The notes under the pieces were generated by a model, which worked only from the letters and a program-made list of their open reading frames with translations, was not told the DNA's origin and made no database searches. Below are positions 61,256-64,000 of a stretch of DNA of 64,000 nt, piece after piece. How positions within the stretch are numbered: the stretch's first letter is position 1; each line of letters starts with the position of its first letter. A program made the translations under genes and the position numbers. This DNA is from Balanoglossus misakiensis. Its lineage: Eukaryota; Animalia; Hemichordata. The stretch covers positions 3,860,735 through 3,924,734 of the forward strand of contig CM082592.2 in assembly GCA_040954595.2 (NCBI GenBank), written 5' to 3'.

Positions 61256-62675
61256 ACCACATCCTTCAAAAAGAGAACTATCGATATCTTCATTCAACCC
61301 CCTTTGCTTTGTCAATGGTCAACTTGAAAAAATGAAATTAAAAAAAACTTCGTGACATGGGTGATAAGGATAGAGAAATTGACTGATTGTCTCATACAAA
61401 TAGCGTCTTTGGGACTGTGTGGAGGGTCTGTCATTTAAAAAAGGTGACGACTGTTTAGGATTTGCGCCATTCATTTTCTTCGATGCCATTGCCACCCATG
61501 CATCGCCACGCAGCCATTATCATCTAGAAATTGTGGCGGGCGAATTTTGAATTCAAAGTGCTAATGAATATTTGCTCATGTTGGAATAATAAATCACAAC
61601 TATACACATTATTCATTGGTAGATTGAAAATGGCGAAATTCATTGTTAACATAGGTTAGTTCCTTTTCTCTATTTCATATCACGTGATTTCAGTTGCACA
61701 TGACAATTGTCACGACAAATTCATGCAGCACACTCATGAATTTGCAGATATATTTCTACATTCACGAAATCTAATAGTGATACACGTGCGAGCTTATGTT
61801 CATTGTTCCAATATGATGTATGTGCATACAGTCTCCCACACCACCGATAAGCGCTTTATAGTGGAGAATTCTCACGTCTGCTGAAGTCACTCACGCACCC
61901 AATGCTTTCACCTAGGGAGGTCTAAAGCCTAATTAACACTATCAGGGGTGTCACTGAATGACAATGGCTGACAGTCCAGCACTGATGGCTTTGCAGGAAA
62001 GTTCGATTATCGGAATTAACACTCGCAGAAAATAATGACTGCTCATGTAAACTACTGTTGATCGACAAACCGTCTAATCTTAGGCCAACCCCTGGCTTGT
62101 TTACCAGAAGTGAATAATCTATGTGGCGCACTGGCAAATGTGTGTAGAACGAGCGCCGTATTCGTAATAAGACTTTTCAATATAGCTAGAAAATACCGGT
62201 GGCCTAGAATTTCTGCAAGATTTCGGGCGCGCCATTTTTATTTCCTTTGCCAGAGCACGCGTACAGGAAATGAAAGCGGTGATTTACAGTGTATTGAATA
62301 ATATACATGAACGATGAAACGTTTTAATCATTACTTTGATATCAACAGGATTATTACCAGTCAGAAATATGTACATATCGGATTATTTTTTTTACATTCC
62401 ACAAACTTTTTTGACATTCTATAATTATTGGCTGGAGACACGCTCTTTCGCTCGTCCAAGATACTAGCAGATCATAGTCACCCCGCAAACCGTCACTGTG
62501 AGTATTATATGAAGCGTGGATTTCGCTGTCAACGTGTTCTGATTGGGTACTCCAAATTCTATAATCGCCCAATGTAAATGTGGTACTGGTACATATGAAG
62601 ATGCATTGTTTTGCAAATTACCACAAACTGTATAGATATGTAAATGTTTCACGATGCTCGCTTACCCGTTCGTAA

Positions 62676-63056
<381 letters not shown>

Positions 63057-63087
63057 GGCACCGTCCTTTTCTGGACCCAAACAAAAC

Positions 63088-63103
63088 GGCCCTTTTCAGG
63101 GCC
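63088..63103 (+). terminator. Histone 3' stem-loop of H4
   Basis: GGCCCTTTTCAGGGCC followed by ACCA and AAAAAGAGA. Confidence 0.95.
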
Positions 63104-64000
63104 ACCACATCCTCCAAAAAGAGAACTACCGTAGAATAACACTTGTACATGTATTATTGTCGATGAATTTTATTCTTTCAGCTTTCATAGGTCGAATTTG
63201 ACAGACAACTGCAGTGCATTCCCAATGTTATATAACTGAAACACTAAAAGGTCAGATTTCGATGAAGTAACAAATCGTAGCAGGGTGTCAATTATTGTGC
63301 TAACGCTAGGAAAATGAAATTTTTATAATTGATGGCCTATGGCACAAGATGTATTTGCATACAACATATAGACCCTATACATGTATTGATTTACTGAACC
63401 AATCTAGCACTTTCCTACGTTTATAATTTCCGTAAACTCAATACAAGTACCGGTACCATTGACAATGATTATTTCAAAAATACCAACGCAGTTTTACGTC
63501 GATGATTTGGGATACTACATTCTCCTTTGAGAGAATGTGGTAGTACAACCGTTTTTCTTCAATATAGTAAATTCTTTTCATTTTTGTGCATGTTTCAGAG
63601 CGGATTGGACAGTTTTTTGAAAAGGGGGCGTGGCATGTTCATCTGTAATCCGAGCCAAGTAATCAGCATGCATCAGCTTCTGGTCATACTTTATGGAAAG
63701 TTTGTTATTTTTAGTTATTTTACAGTTATTGTAATTGTGTCACGAAAATTCTACTTGAACGTATTCAGAAACGAATTTGTCAAACACATAGCAACAGCAC
63801 TTAATACCAATGAATAATGGCAACACCCGCTATTGTTGGATCCTCAAAAAACTTCTGGAACGGCTCGACGATAATAATAATACTTTTCAGAACAGAAGAC
63901 GGCTATTGGAACCGAAATCTGACCTTGCAATGAGAGTTTGTCGGAAAAAAACGTTTGGAGGAATAGAGTGTCTCAGTAGATGTCTACATTACAATGCTAT

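Overview
Animal (invertebrate) genomic DNA: AT-rich, with GT-AG spliceosomal introns, microsatellites, MITEs and replication-dependent histone genes. The gene set, including an ST6GalNAc-type sialyltransferase, suggests a marine deuterostome, but the species cannot be fixed from sequence alone. Most genes are multi-exon and poorly represented in the ORF track, so I rebuilt them by hand from splice sites and reading frame. Left to right: two divergent paralogous two-exon Cys/His microprotein genes (44 and 48 aa, one ending in a CaaX box) flanking an intronless condensation-domain acyltransferase gene with one in-frame TGA; two tandem EGF-repeat genes with signal peptide and GPI-type tail; a secreted 8-Cys peptide with a YDSRDDGR-repeat tail; tRNA-Thr(UGU); an intronless class A GPCR; a 10-exon TNF-receptor-family gene; an intact second condensation-domain acyltransferase; a 9-exon GT29 sialyltransferase head-to-head with a 13-exon PLAT/LH2 + PhoD-type phosphatase fusion gene; an MFSD4-like transporter; and histones H2A, H2B and H4. 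The best novelty candidates are the PLAT-PhoD fusion, the microprotein pair, the secreted Cys/repeat peptide and the stand-alone condensation-domain enzymes. All family assignments come from motif recognition; no database search was run.
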